In this document: one piece after another, positions 1-8,610 of the stretch
Layout of the letters: every line of letters starts with the position of its first letter
How positions within the stretch are numbered: position 1 is the first letter of the stretch
Virus record (IMG/VR): IMGVR_UViG_2585427971_000012
DNA from: a virus
Taxonomy: Duplodnaviria > Heunggongvirae > Uroviricota > Caudoviricetes
DNA length: 44,826 nt
Strand: one strand, 5' to 3'
Notes under the pieces: model-generated
The model's input: only the letters and a program-made list of their open reading frames with translations
The model's database searches: none
What the model was told of the DNA's origin: nothing
Program-made: the position numbers and the translations under genes

Positions 1-91
1 CACAACATCCGAGGACAGCAACACCCGATACTTTTTCCTGGCTTCCAGCAACGGGGTTTCTTCCTCCGTTGCATATACAGCTCACCTTTTT

Positions 92-385
92 TCACCCACG
101 ATTAACCAACAGCCAGACCAGCAGACACGCCACCACCGGCACAGCAAAATCCATCAGGCTTGCCACATCCCAAGCTCGCGGATCAAAACCGCCCCACCAC
201 GGCATATTCATTCGCTTGCCATGCCCGAACATTTCAATCCAGCGATATTCTGCCTGGGTATGTTCACGCGCAATGAAGAACGTACAACCGGCTATCGCTC
301 CGTAAGCCCAGTTTCCGGTAAAAAGACCAACCAGTATCTGCGCAGCCACAGCACAAAGTGCATGAAGTAAGGGGCTTATATCCAT
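92..385 (-). CDS. Hypothetical small membrane protein (97 aa), last gene of the tail-fibre cluster
   Basis: ORF track; hydrophobic stretches suggesting 2-3 TM helices; same strand and 12 nt downstream of the 398..676 ORF. No family recognised. Confidence 0.3.
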   Translation of the reverse strand: MDISPLLHALCAVAAQILVGLFTGNWAYGAIAGCTFFIAREHTQAEYRWIEMFGHGKRMNMPWWGGFDPRAWDVASLMDFAVPVVACLLVWLLVNRG

Positions 386-397
386 TATTTCCTCCTT

Positions 398-676
398 TCA
401 GCTCCATTCCCGAAGCGGTGTTTCCAGCTCCACGACATAATCAGAGAATACAGAAACATCAAACAAGTCATCAAGAATGCGAATGTTGACAAAATAACCG
501 TCATTCCGGACACAGACAGGTTCTCCCTCTTCTGTTACCCCTGTTTCTGTGTAGGTGAAACCAATTTCATCGACTAACAGTTTATTCTGGAGGTCTTCAT
601 CCTCCTCCCAGTCAAGAGATGACAGGAAGGATTTAAACTCTCTGTTACCAGGAAATTTCAAAGTTAAATCTTTCAT
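398..676 (-). CDS. Hypothetical acidic protein (92 aa), possibly a tail-fibre assembly/chaperone factor
   Basis: Start codon overlaps the stf stop (673..676), suggesting translational coupling. Not similar to lambda Tfa as recalled. Function is inferred from position only. Confidence 0.3.
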   Translation of the reverse strand: MKDLTLKFPGNREFKSFLSSLDWEEDEDLQNKLLVDEIGFTYTETGVTEEGEPVCVRNDGYFVNIRILDDLFDVSVFSDYVVELETPLREWS

Positions 677-2694
677 ACTGCCTCCTTGATTTGCCTGTCA
701 TTTAATTCTTTAAACCAGACTCTGAAATTTCTGATGTGTCCAAACAAATGACGCGTTCCTGCTGCGGTCTGCCCACCAAACCGGTACGATGTTGCTGTAA
801 CTCCAAATATTTTACCATTAAGGTTTGTTGTATAATTACCATTGCATATTGCATTTACTGATAAATCAGATTTAGCTCTCACACCCACAATGAACCTTTC
901 TCCATCTGAGGCAATTTGTGGCTGAACCATTCCTACGTTGGCGCTTATCTTTCCTGTTGCAACAAACCCCAGCGATAAATAATTATCATCAATACTGTGC
1001 CCTCCAACATCAAATATCCTTGGCGCAACATTGGGCGGTGTACTCCAGTTCCTGCTTACTTCGCACAATACCGTAAAAGGCCGTGTTGACAGGTTATTCT
1101 GCGATGGGATAGTAACTACATCACTTGCGCGTGTTGTTGGCATTGTAGTTACAATAAATGACGATGCCGTATTGCCCAGTTCAATTTGCGGCGTCGTCAT
1201 GGTTAATGTTGAGTCATCATAGAATGTCTCATTACTTATTTTATTTGTCATATAAAAAGCACAGTTAACGGTATCAATGTCCGTATTAGCTGTATAAGTG
1301 GCCTCATAGTAGGTCCACTCGCCCTGTTGTTCAGCTTTGGCTGTTATAAGGGATGTATTACCGCTTACTGTTGCGATCCGGGTATCCAGATCAAGATAAG
1401 AGTCAGCAGAGAAGGTATCTGTTCCACCAATAATAACTGAAACTCTTAACCTGCATCGTGCTTTAGCGCCTTTAACCCGGCACGAAAAAGTGAAACATTC
1501 ACCACTTGCCAGCGGGAATCTGTCTGCTGCAACCACACCATGCACAGTATAGCCACCTGTTGTTCCCACTATACTTTCCGTGGGTGTCACCGTGGCATAA
1601 TTGAACCCCTGTTTATCAGTGCCAAATGTTTTATTCAGTGCGGAATGAACAGTCCATGAGTCTGGTTTATTTGAGTTCCTCAGATAATTTGTCCTCTGTC
1701 CTTCAATCAATAAGCCATCGCGCTCAAATCGCGGTTCGTCAACTTCAGCAAGCTTGAGTTGGCCGGACTTATTAATATACGTTGCTGTTGAAGCACGTTT
1801 AAACTTAACAATCTTGTCGCCTGGCATTGTTATTTCATCGTCACCAATAACTATCTTTTTATAAGATGGCGAAAAACCCGTAATCATATCCAGTGAATCG
1901 TTAAACGGTATCCACACATCAGGCAGCGGCGGCACTATATTCGCACAGGGCTCTGCAGTCACTTCCGCTGCGGCTTCTGCGCGGTCTGCCGCCTTTTCAG
2001 CTCGTGTCGCTGCCGACAGAGCCTCATCCTTTTTCTGCCCGGCCTTTGTTGCGTCTGCTGCGGCCTCCCGCGCTTTTGTGGTGGCGACTCCGGCATTTTC
2101 AGCGGCTGACTCTGCATTACGGCGGGAAGCCTCTTCACTGTCTGCGGAGGCTTCTTCTGACGCACGGGCATTTGTCTCTGAACGTTCTGCCGCTGTTGCT
2201 GCGTTTTGTGCGGCTGTTTTTGAAGAAGCTGCCGCTTTCGCGCTGTTACCTGCATTCGTCTCTGATGTTTTCGCCGCGTTCCTGGACGATGCCGCTGCTG
2301 TTTCTGATTTCTTTGCTGCCGCTGCGCTCTGAGAGGCGGCTTCAGCGTTGCGTGCCGCCTCTTCCACCATCTTTTCAAAACGATACAGTGCCTCCGGACA
2401 AACATCATCTTCTGTTGCAGCGCCCAGAAAATCATTCAATGTCCCCGGCTTAGAATCCTCATACACGGTGATGGTCCCGGCATGTGAAGGCGGAAAACCT
2501 TCAACCAGCAGGGCGACGCTGTACTGGCCATACTCAACATCCATGCTGTAACGTCCGGCTTCATCCGGATTTTCTGAGGCCACCGTGTTCACCACAACTG
2601 TGGTGCTGTTACGTTTTGCTTTGAGCTGAATGGTGCAGTTCTGTATCGGTTTTCCTGCACCGTCTTTCAGCACACCTGAAATCTGTACTGCCAT
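673..2694 (-). CDS. stf: Side tail fibre protein, Stf-like: lambda-type N-terminus, Ala/Ser-rich repeat region, divergent C-terminal domain
   Basis: N-terminus from the ATG at 2694 (MAVQISGVLKDGAGKPIQNCTIQLKA...) matches lambda Stf as recalled. Track start 2700 is an upstream GTG; GGAG sits 5 nt before the 2694 ATG. C-terminal ~350 aa is unlike lambda. Confidence 0.8.
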   Translation of the reverse strand: MAVQISGVLKDGAGKPIQNCTIQLKAKRNSTTVVVNTVASENPDEAGRYSMDVEYGQYSVALLVEGFPPSHAGTITVYEDSKPGTLNDFLGAATEDDVCPEALYRFEKMVEEAARNAEAASQSAAAAKKSETAAASSRNAAKTSETNAGNSAKAAASSKTAAQNAATAAERSETNARASEEASADSEEASRRNAESAAENAGVATTKAREAAADATKAGQKKDEALSAATRAEKAADRAEAAAEVTAEPCANIVPPLPDVWIPFNDSLDMITGFSPSYKKIVIGDDEITMPGDKIVKFKRASTATYINKSGQLKLAEVDEPRFERDGLLIEGQRTNYLRNSNKPDSWTVHSALNKTFGTDKQGFNYATVTPTESIVGTTGGYTVHGVVAADRFPLASGECFTFSCRVKGAKARCRLRVSVIIGGTDTFSADSYLDLDTRIATVSGNTSLITAKAEQQGEWTYYEATYTANTDIDTVNCAFYMTNKISNETFYDDSTLTMTTPQIELGNTASSFIVTTMPTTRASDVVTIPSQNNLSTRPFTVLCEVSRNWSTPPNVAPRIFDVGGHSIDDNYLSLGFVATGKISANVGMVQPQIASDGERFIVGVRAKSDLSVNAICNGNYTTNLNGKIFGVTATSYRFGGQTAAGTRHLFGHIRNFRVWFKELNDRQIKEAV

Positions 2695-2705
2695 ATTCAC
2701 TCCAC

Positions 2706-2733
2706 AAATAAAAAAGGCACCATTTCTGGTGCC
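2706..2733 (-). terminator. Candidate intrinsic terminator between J and stf
   Basis: Inverted repeat GGCACC(2716..2721)/GGTGCC(2728..2733) with 6-nt loop, followed on the minus strand by a U-run (plus-strand aaataaaaaa 2706..2715). Confidence 0.4.
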
Positions 2734-2752
2734 CGAATTTGGGTTTTAAAAT

Positions 2753-5700
2753 TCAACTGATACTGATGCCGGCTGTTGATTTCTTCATCACGACAACAAG
2801 AAGGTCGCTGATACTGGTCGTTGGCGTCCAGTTATTTGCACCATATGAAGAAACATTGAAAGTCAGGGTGACATGGCCGTGTCCGGCAGGCATATCAATG
2901 ACTGATGAAAATACCCTGCTGACATCCGTCGCGGGTTGCTGAAAGATTTCCTGTCCGTTCTTCAGCACCTGCAGCTTACAGGTTGAATACCAGTATGACT
3001 GTTGGTTGTTGCTGTTGAAGTTTTCATGCTTACCACCGCGAAACAGAACGGGGGGGACGACTATCTGACGGTCAAAAGCCTGGTCATCGTACACAGTGAC
3101 CGTTATTGTACCGCTGGCATAACTGCCATTTCTCGGAAAGGCTTTTCCCACCGTTTTGACAATATCACCTTCAATCTGGTTAGCTGACAGTTTTCCCAGA
3201 ATCCGACAGTTCTGGTTAATCGTGACATTATTGAGCGTCCCGGAGTTCGCATTCACGTTACCGCTGATATCCGCATTTCTCGCAGAAAGTCGACCATCAG
3301 GTGTCAGTGAAAACGTTGGGGGATTGCCACCGCTGGTAATGGTGGGAGCCGTCAGATATTTCAGGAACACTTCGTTCATGAATATCTGATCGCCCTGCCC
3401 AACAAACATCGGCTTTGTATTGCCATTCGCAGGATTAATCATCGCAATCCTGTCCGCCGCCAGCAGCACCTGACTCTGCATACCGTCAGGGGTATTCTCA
3501 ATACCGGCACCAATACCCGCGATATAAAGGCGTCCGTCCTGCATCTGCTGCAGCTTCACAGCCCACATGCTGTTCAGGTTATTATTTGTATCAACCTGAA
3601 CCTTCTGTATCTGCTGGATCGCTGCACTCTGGTCTTCCAGTTTCTTATTGACGGTCTGCGTGATTTCATTGCTGACATCCGTAATGGACGTCCTGATTTC
3701 AGCCAGGTCAGGCGCAAGCTGACCGTTATCAATCTGCGTCCACAACTCCTGAGCCAGATGGGTTTTCCCTATCTCTCCTTTGAAAAAATCCAGATAGCCG
3801 GATGCATCATCACTCGGCTGGCCAACAGCCTCCACAAATGCCGATTTGCCAACGGTGTTCACACTGCGAATGTAAAAATAATAATCATGGCCCGGTTTGA
3901 TATTGATACTGGCGGCTATCCAGTACAGCGCCGTACCAAGATAACGCGCGCTGGCTTCAACCTGCCTGATATCCGCAATCCGCTTTTCCGAGAACCAGAA
4001 CTCAAACTGTACCGTCGGATCATAAACGGCAAGATGCGGCGTTGCGGTTATCTGAAAATAGCCCGGCGTCAGCTCAATCCGCGATGGCGCTGCCGGTGCG
4101 GCAATCCGGAACGATACCGACGCCGGATCCCCCTGCTGCCCCCACGCATTTACCGCCCGGACTGTCAGCCTGTAGTTCCCCAGCGCCAGTTGCCTGAAGC
4201 GGTATGTGGTTTCCGTCGTCCTGGCCGTGCTGACCAGCCGCTCACTGCCGTCATCCGCTGCCACGGTCAGGCGAAGCATAAAGCTCACCCCCTTCACCAC
4301 CTTCGGTGTGTCCCATCGCGCCAGCACCTGATATTCCCCGCTGTCTGCGGTGACTTCTGCGGTCAGGTGCTGCACCGCGGGCGGCGTGACACCATTCACC
4401 GTGCCACTCTGTTCGCCGTCAAAGTGCGCCCCGTTATCCACGATGGTCTCTTTTTCCGGCATATGCTGCACGGCGGTGATGGCATACGTGCCGTCGTCGT
4501 TTTCACGGATACTCACGCAGCGGAACAGTCGCTGGCGCAGCGTCGGCAGCTTCAGCCCCCATACGCTGTATTCAGCAACACCGTCAGGAACACGGCTCAC
4601 TTTCACCTTCACGCCGTCGGTGACGGACTGAACCTCCACGCTGACCGGATTGCCACTTCCGTCAACCAGGCTTATCAGCGTGGTACCGGAGGATGGCAGC
4701 GTGATTTCACGGTCGAGCGTCAGCGTCCGGGTCTGGCTGTTCACCGCCAGCACACGACCACCGGTGCTGATACCGGCATAGTCATCATCGCAGATTTCAA
4801 TGACATCCCCCGGTACATGGCGAAGCCCTTCAGCACCCACGCTGAAGTCCACGGTCTGCGTTTCCAGCAGCTCCGTTTTAATCAGCCACAGCCCGGCGCG
4901 GTGTGCCTGCCCCCGGCTGGTACAGCCAAAGGCATCCATCTTCGTGACGTTACGGCCGTAACGGGCAATGGCCTGCGTATCCTCCACGAGCTCTGTCGCC
5001 GTCTCCCAGCCGTTATCCGGGTCAATCCAGTTCACCTCAACGGCATTATGGCGGTCCTTCAGGGCGCTGAAGCTGTAGCGGAACGGCGCGCCATCATCCG
5101 GCATCACCACATTACTGCGGTTATAGGTCCACACCTTATCTGATGGTCGGTCCTGCACGAACGTCAGCGTCTGCCCGTTCCATACCGGCATACAGCGCAT
5201 CGCCGAGCAGAAATCACTGAGCACATCCCACGCCTTGCGCTGTGTGGTCAGGTACGCATTACAGGTAATGCGCGGCTCCGTGCCGCCAAAGCCGTCCGGC
5301 ACCGACTGGTCGCAGTACTGGCCGATGACATACAGCGCCCATTTATCCACATCCGCCGCACCAAGACGTTTCCCCATGCCGTAGCGCGGATGGGTCAGCA
5401 TATCCCACAGACACCAGGCCATGTTGTTGCTGTATGCCGGTTTTAACGTTCCGTCCCAGATACCGCTGTATTGCCGCGTCTGCGGGTTATAGTTCGACGG
5501 CACCTGCAGAATGCGCCCGCGAAGATGATAATTACGGCTCACCTGCTGGCTGCCGAACTGCTCCGAGTCCACCTGCACGCCAACCAGTGCCGTGTTCGGG
5601 TAGCACTGTTTCACATCGATGATTTCGGTGTATGACGACCAGAGCGTTTTGTTCAGCAGCTGGTCTGTGGTGCTGTCCGGCGTCATCCTGCGCATCCGGA

Positions 5701-6235
5701 TATTAAACGGGCGCGGCGGCAGGTTATCCACCACCACCGAGGCCAGATACTGCGAGGTGGTTTTGCCCTTAATGGTGATGTCTTTTTCCGTCACCCAGCC
5801 ACCGTTACGCTGTATCTGAACCAGCAGGCGAACTTCCGACGGATTCCTGTCTCCCTTTGAGGTGGTTTCCACCAGTGCCTGTACACCGAAGGTAAAGCGC
5901 AGACGGTCGATGTTTGCCGACGTGATGGTCCGGGTGATCGGCGTGTCATATTTCACTTCCGTACCCAGCACCGTCTCGGAGCCGGAGGATTCAAATCCCT
6001 CCGGCGGTGACTGCTCCTGCTCACCGGCCCGGAACACCACCGTGACGCCGGATATATTGGTATTCCCCTCACTGTCCAGCACCGGCGTACTGTTCAGCAG
6101 CACGCTTTTTAATCCATCCACCGGACCTTCAACCGGCCCTTCGCTGATGGCATCGATCACACTCAGCAGCTGCGTGGACTTCAGGTTGTCCTTCGCTTCG
6201 CGCGGGGTATGCCCCTTACTGCTGCCTTTACCCAT
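2753..6235 (-). CDS. J: Tail tip / host specificity protein J (1160 aa)
   Basis: N-terminus [34 protein letters not shown]... and most of the length match lambda gpJ as recalled; C-terminal ~150 aa diverge. Confidence 0.95.
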   Translation of the reverse strand: MGKGSSKGHTPREAKDNLKSTQLLSVIDAISEGPVEGPVDGLKSVLLNSTPVLDSEGNTNISGVTVVFRAGEQEQSPPEGFESSGSETVLGTEVKYDTPITRTITSANIDRLRFTFGVQALVETTSKGDRNPSEVRLLVQIQRNGGWVTEKDITIKGKTTSQYLASVVVDNLPPRPFNIRMRRMTPDSTTDQLLNKTLWSSYTEIIDVKQCYPNTALVGVQVDSEQFGSQQVSRNYHLRGRILQVPSNYNPQTRQYSGIWDGTLKPAYSNNMAWCLWDMLTHPRYGMGKRLGAADVDKWALYVIGQYCDQSVPDGFGGTEPRITCNAYLTTQRKAWDVLSDFCSAMRCMPVWNGQTLTFVQDRPSDKVWTYNRSNVVMPDDGAPFRYSFSALKDRHNAVEVNWIDPDNGWETATELVEDTQAIARYGRNVTKMDAFGCTSRGQAHRAGLWLIKTELLETQTVDFSVGAEGLRHVPGDVIEICDDDYAGISTGGRVLAVNSQTRTLTLDREITLPSSGTTLISLVDGSGNPVSVEVQSVTDGVKVKVSRVPDGVAEYSVWGLKLPTLRQRLFRCVSIRENDDGTYAITAVQHMPEKETIVDNGAHFDGEQSGTVNGVTPPAVQHLTAEVTADSGEYQVLARWDTPKVVKGVSFMLRLTVAADDGSERLVSTARTTETTYRFRQLALGNYRLTVRAVNAWGQQGDPASVSFRIAAPAAPSRIELTPGYFQITATPHLAVYDPTVQFEFWFSEKRIADIRQVEASARYLGTALYWIAASINIKPGHDYYFYIRSVNTVGKSAFVEAVGQPSDDASGYLDFFKGEIGKTHLAQELWTQIDNGQLAPDLAEIRTSITDVSNEITQTVNKKLEDQSAAIQQIQKVQVDTNNNLNSMWAVKLQQMQDGRLYIAGIGAGIENTPDGMQSQVLLAADRIAMINPANGNTKPMFVGQGDQIFMNEVFLKYLTAPTITSGGNPPTFSLTPDGRLSARNADISGNVNANSGTLNNVTINQNCRILGKLSANQIEGDIVKTVGKAFPRNGSYASGTITVTVYDDQAFDRQIVVPPVLFRGGKHENFNSNNQQSYWYSTCKLQVLKNGQEIFQQPATDVSRVFSSVIDMPAGHGHVTLTFNVSSYGANNWTPTTSISDLLVVVMKKSTAGISIS

Positions 6236-6295
6236 TCGTCATGCTCCATAAACGATAAAACCGCCCGGAGGCGGTTTCACATAAAACGTTTTTCA

Positions 6296-6937
6296 TCAGC
6301 GACCAATCACCACAACCTGACCACCATCACCTTCATCTGCTGTGCTGATCTCCTGAGATACCACACGTGATCCCACGCGCATTTCACCGTACAGAACGGG
6401 CAGAACATTGCCCTGGGCAACCATATTATCCAGTGAAGAAAAATAGGTGTTCTGTTTGCCGTTATCCGTTGTCTGTGTGCGGGGGGTTCTGGGTTTAGGG
6501 GCCAGCATCTGTGCAACACCGCCAAGCGTCATACTGGCACCGAGAGAAAACAGCAGATTACTCGCCATAATTCCTACCCCCGGCATCCATATAGCAACCG
6601 CCATAACAGCCGCCCCCAGCACAGCCTGAAACACACCGCCACTTTTGGCTCCTGCCAGACGCGGCACGATATGGATCACAGCACCATTTGCCAGCGGTTC
6701 ATTAAGACGGGCTGATAATTCCGTTTCACCTGTATCACGCCCGGCAATCCGTACCTGATACCAGCCGTCGCTCAGTTTCTGACGAAACGCCGGGAGCTGT
6801 GTGGCCAGCGCCCGGATGGCTTCAGCCCCCGTTTTCACACGAAGGTCGATGCGGCGGCCAAATCGTTGTAAATCCCCGTAAAGGCAGATGCGCGCCATGC
6901 CCGGTGACGCCAGAGGGAGTGTGTGCGTCGCTGCCAT
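6296..6937 (-). CDS. I: Tail assembly protein I
   Basis: MAATHTLPLASPGMARICLYGDLQRFGRRIDLRVKTGAEAIRALATQLPAFRQ... matches lambda gpI as recalled; sits between K and J. Confidence 0.9.
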   Translation of the reverse strand: MAATHTLPLASPGMARICLYGDLQRFGRRIDLRVKTGAEAIRALATQLPAFRQKLSDGWYQVRIAGRDTGETELSARLNEPLANGAVIHIVPRLAGAKSGGVFQAVLGAAVMAVAIWMPGVGIMASNLLFSLGASMTLGGVAQMLAPKPRTPRTQTTDNGKQNTYFSSLDNMVAQGNVLPVLYGEMRVGSRVVSQEISTADEGDGGQVVVIGR

Positions 6938-7578
6938 TTGTCGGTATACCTCTCTCGTTTGCTCAGTTGTTCAGGAATATGGTGCAGCAGCTCGCCATCA
7001 CCACAGTAAATGGCGGCATGATTCGGCACCGATGAACCAAAACAGCACAGCAGCACATCGCCCGGTTGTGCTGATGACAACGGCACCTGATACAGCCCTG
7101 TGGCCTCCAGATTATCCAGATAGAGATTCTGACCGTGACGCCACCAGTCATCCCCGCGATGAAAATCCGGCATCTCAATCCCCGCCAGATGATAAGCATC
7201 CCGGAACAGCGTGTAACAGTCCGTCACCCCGTGCTCAAAGCACCGCCCGGTAAGATGCGGCACACAGCGGAATTTATGAATCTCACCCCGGCAGACCAGC
7301 CACCACGGCAAATCGCTCTGCACCTGCAGCCGCCTGTCAGCCTCACTCAGCCAGGGCAGACCACCGGGGTGGCTGTGGACCAGCGCCACAATCTCACCCT
7401 GCATCTCTGCCCGCAGCCAGTCCTCCGGCGACATCCGGAAATACGCCTCCGGCTCACCGGAGATATTCACGCAGGGAAAATATCTTTCCCCCTTCGGCGT
7501 TCTCACCACGAAGCCACACGACTCCGCTGGCGCACATCGCCGGGCGTGCGCCAGAATCGCTGATTCTGTCTGTGTCAT
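6835..7578 (-). CDS. K: Tail assembly protein K (NlpC/P60-like)
   Basis: From the ATG at 7578: MTQTESAILAHARRCAPAESCGFVV... matches lambda gpK as recalled. The track ORF extends 14 codons further upstream; the conserved start is preferred. Confidence 0.9.
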   Translation of the reverse strand: MTQTESAILAHARRCAPAESCGFVVRTPKGERYFPCVNISGEPEAYFRMSPEDWLRAEMQGEIVALVHSHPGGLPWLSEADRRLQVQSDLPWWLVCRGEIHKFRCVPHLTGRCFEHGVTDCYTLFRDAYHLAGIEMPDFHRGDDWWRHGQNLYLDNLEATGLYQVPLSSAQPGDVLLCCFGSSVPNHAAIYCGDGELLHHIPEQLSKRERYTDKWQRRTHSLWRHRAWRASAFTGIYNDLAAASTFV

Positions 7579-7582
7579 GGGA

Positions 7583-8281
7583 TTACTGCGAAAGTTTGTT
7601 AATGGAAAGGAAGCCGCCAAAGTTGCCGACGTTATTGCGGAACTTACAACCGCTCAGGCATTTGCTGCATTTATCCTTCGTGATATCGGACGTTGGCTGG
7701 TCATATTCATCCGCGACAGCCGGACCGCTATAACCGCACTCGTCACCGCGATAGGTCCAGGTGCAGGTGTTGGCCAGCATGATACGTCCCGGAAAAACAG
7801 CGCCATCCGTTTCCGTCGGCGTGGACAGTACAAAGGAGGCACTCACCGCGCTCAGTTCGCTGCACTGCTCAATGCGCCAGCGGCTGATCACCTCCTGCTC
7901 CGGATCGGCATAACTGTTTCCGTTGACGAAGTTCACCGCATCCAGAAAACGGGCGTAAACCTTACGCCGGACCACCGTTCCGCCGACCAGACTCTGCAGA
8001 TCTTCCGCCATCCCGGTGACCATACCGTACAGGTTAGAAACCGTCAGCGTGGGGCGCGTACTGGTGCCTTTGCCATTCAGTTCAAAACCGCTCCCCTGAA
8101 TGGGATACGGCTGATACTGTCGCCCCTGCCAGGTGACCGGCTCACCTTTTTCGTTCTGCTCATTACAGAAAAAATAACGTTCTCCACCGACCTCTGTCAG
8201 GTCGATTTCCCAGAGCACCACGCTGGCCGACTGCTCCGCACGGGTGCATTCATTCAGTGTTTCCTGCCGGATATCCTGCAT
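7583..8281 (-). CDS. L: Minor tail protein L (232 aa)
   Basis: MQDIRQETLNECTRAEQSASVVLWEIDLTEVGGERYFFCNEQ... matches lambda gpL as recalled, including the C-terminal Cys cluster. Confidence 0.9.
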   Translation of the reverse strand: MQDIRQETLNECTRAEQSASVVLWEIDLTEVGGERYFFCNEQNEKGEPVTWQGRQYQPYPIQGSGFELNGKGTSTRPTLTVSNLYGMVTGMAEDLQSLVGGTVVRRKVYARFLDAVNFVNGNSYADPEQEVISRWRIEQCSELSAVSASFVLSTPTETDGAVFPGRIMLANTCTWTYRGDECGYSGPAVADEYDQPTSDITKDKCSKCLSGCKFRNNVGNFGGFLSINKLSQ

Positions 8282-8610
8282 CAGTTCACCACCTGTTCAA
8301 ACTCTGCGCTGAACTCAACACGCAGCATACTGACCCGCGACGACCATTTTGCGCAGGTCACCTTTATCTGCTGCCACTCATAAGGCGGCGTCCACAGAAA
8401 GGATTTCCAGCCCCCGTGCTCTTCCAGAAACGACTCCAGTACCGTGGCCTCCTCACGGGGGACAGAAAGCGTCACGCTGTACGTTTTCAGGTTGGCATTC
8501 AGCCCGGCAGGCGCTCGCTGAGAATAGCCATCACCAAAGCGCACCTTTCTTACAGAAGGGACCGAAGCCACATCCATACCGGGTTTCACTTTCCAGCGGA
8601 AGGTCTTCAT
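8281..8610 (-). CDS. M: Minor tail protein M (109 aa)
   Basis: MKTFRWKVKPGMDVASVPSVRKVRFGDGYSQRAPAGLNANLKTY... matches lambda gpM as recalled; overlaps the L start by 1 nt. Confidence 0.9.
   Translation of the reverse strand: MKTFRWKVKPGMDVASVPSVRKVRFGDGYSQRAPAGLNANLKTYSVTLSVPREEATVLESFLEEHGGWKSFLWTPPYEWQQIKVTCAKWSSRVSMLRVEFSAEFEQVVN

Noticed and set aside
1-74. Partial minus-strand ORF starting at 74 (MQRRKKPRCWKPGKSIGCCCPRML...) and running off the window
   Set aside because: Only 24 codons are visible and the translation is low-complexity and basic; it has an AGGTGA Shine-Dalgarno-like sequence but cannot be evaluated without the flanking sequence.
2700-2752. A lom-like outer-membrane gene between J and stf, as in lambda
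   Set aside because: Only about 50 bp separate J from stf here and they contain a hairpin, not an ORF; lom is absent.
3758-5143. Long antisense ORFs from the six-frame track lying inside the structural genes, e.g. the 461-aa ORF within J, and similar ones inside H, B, A and the adhesin
   Set aside because: They overlap genes whose products match lambda proteins along their full length on the opposite strand and have Arg/Pro/His-rich, low-complexity translations typical of antisense frames in GC-rich coding DNA.
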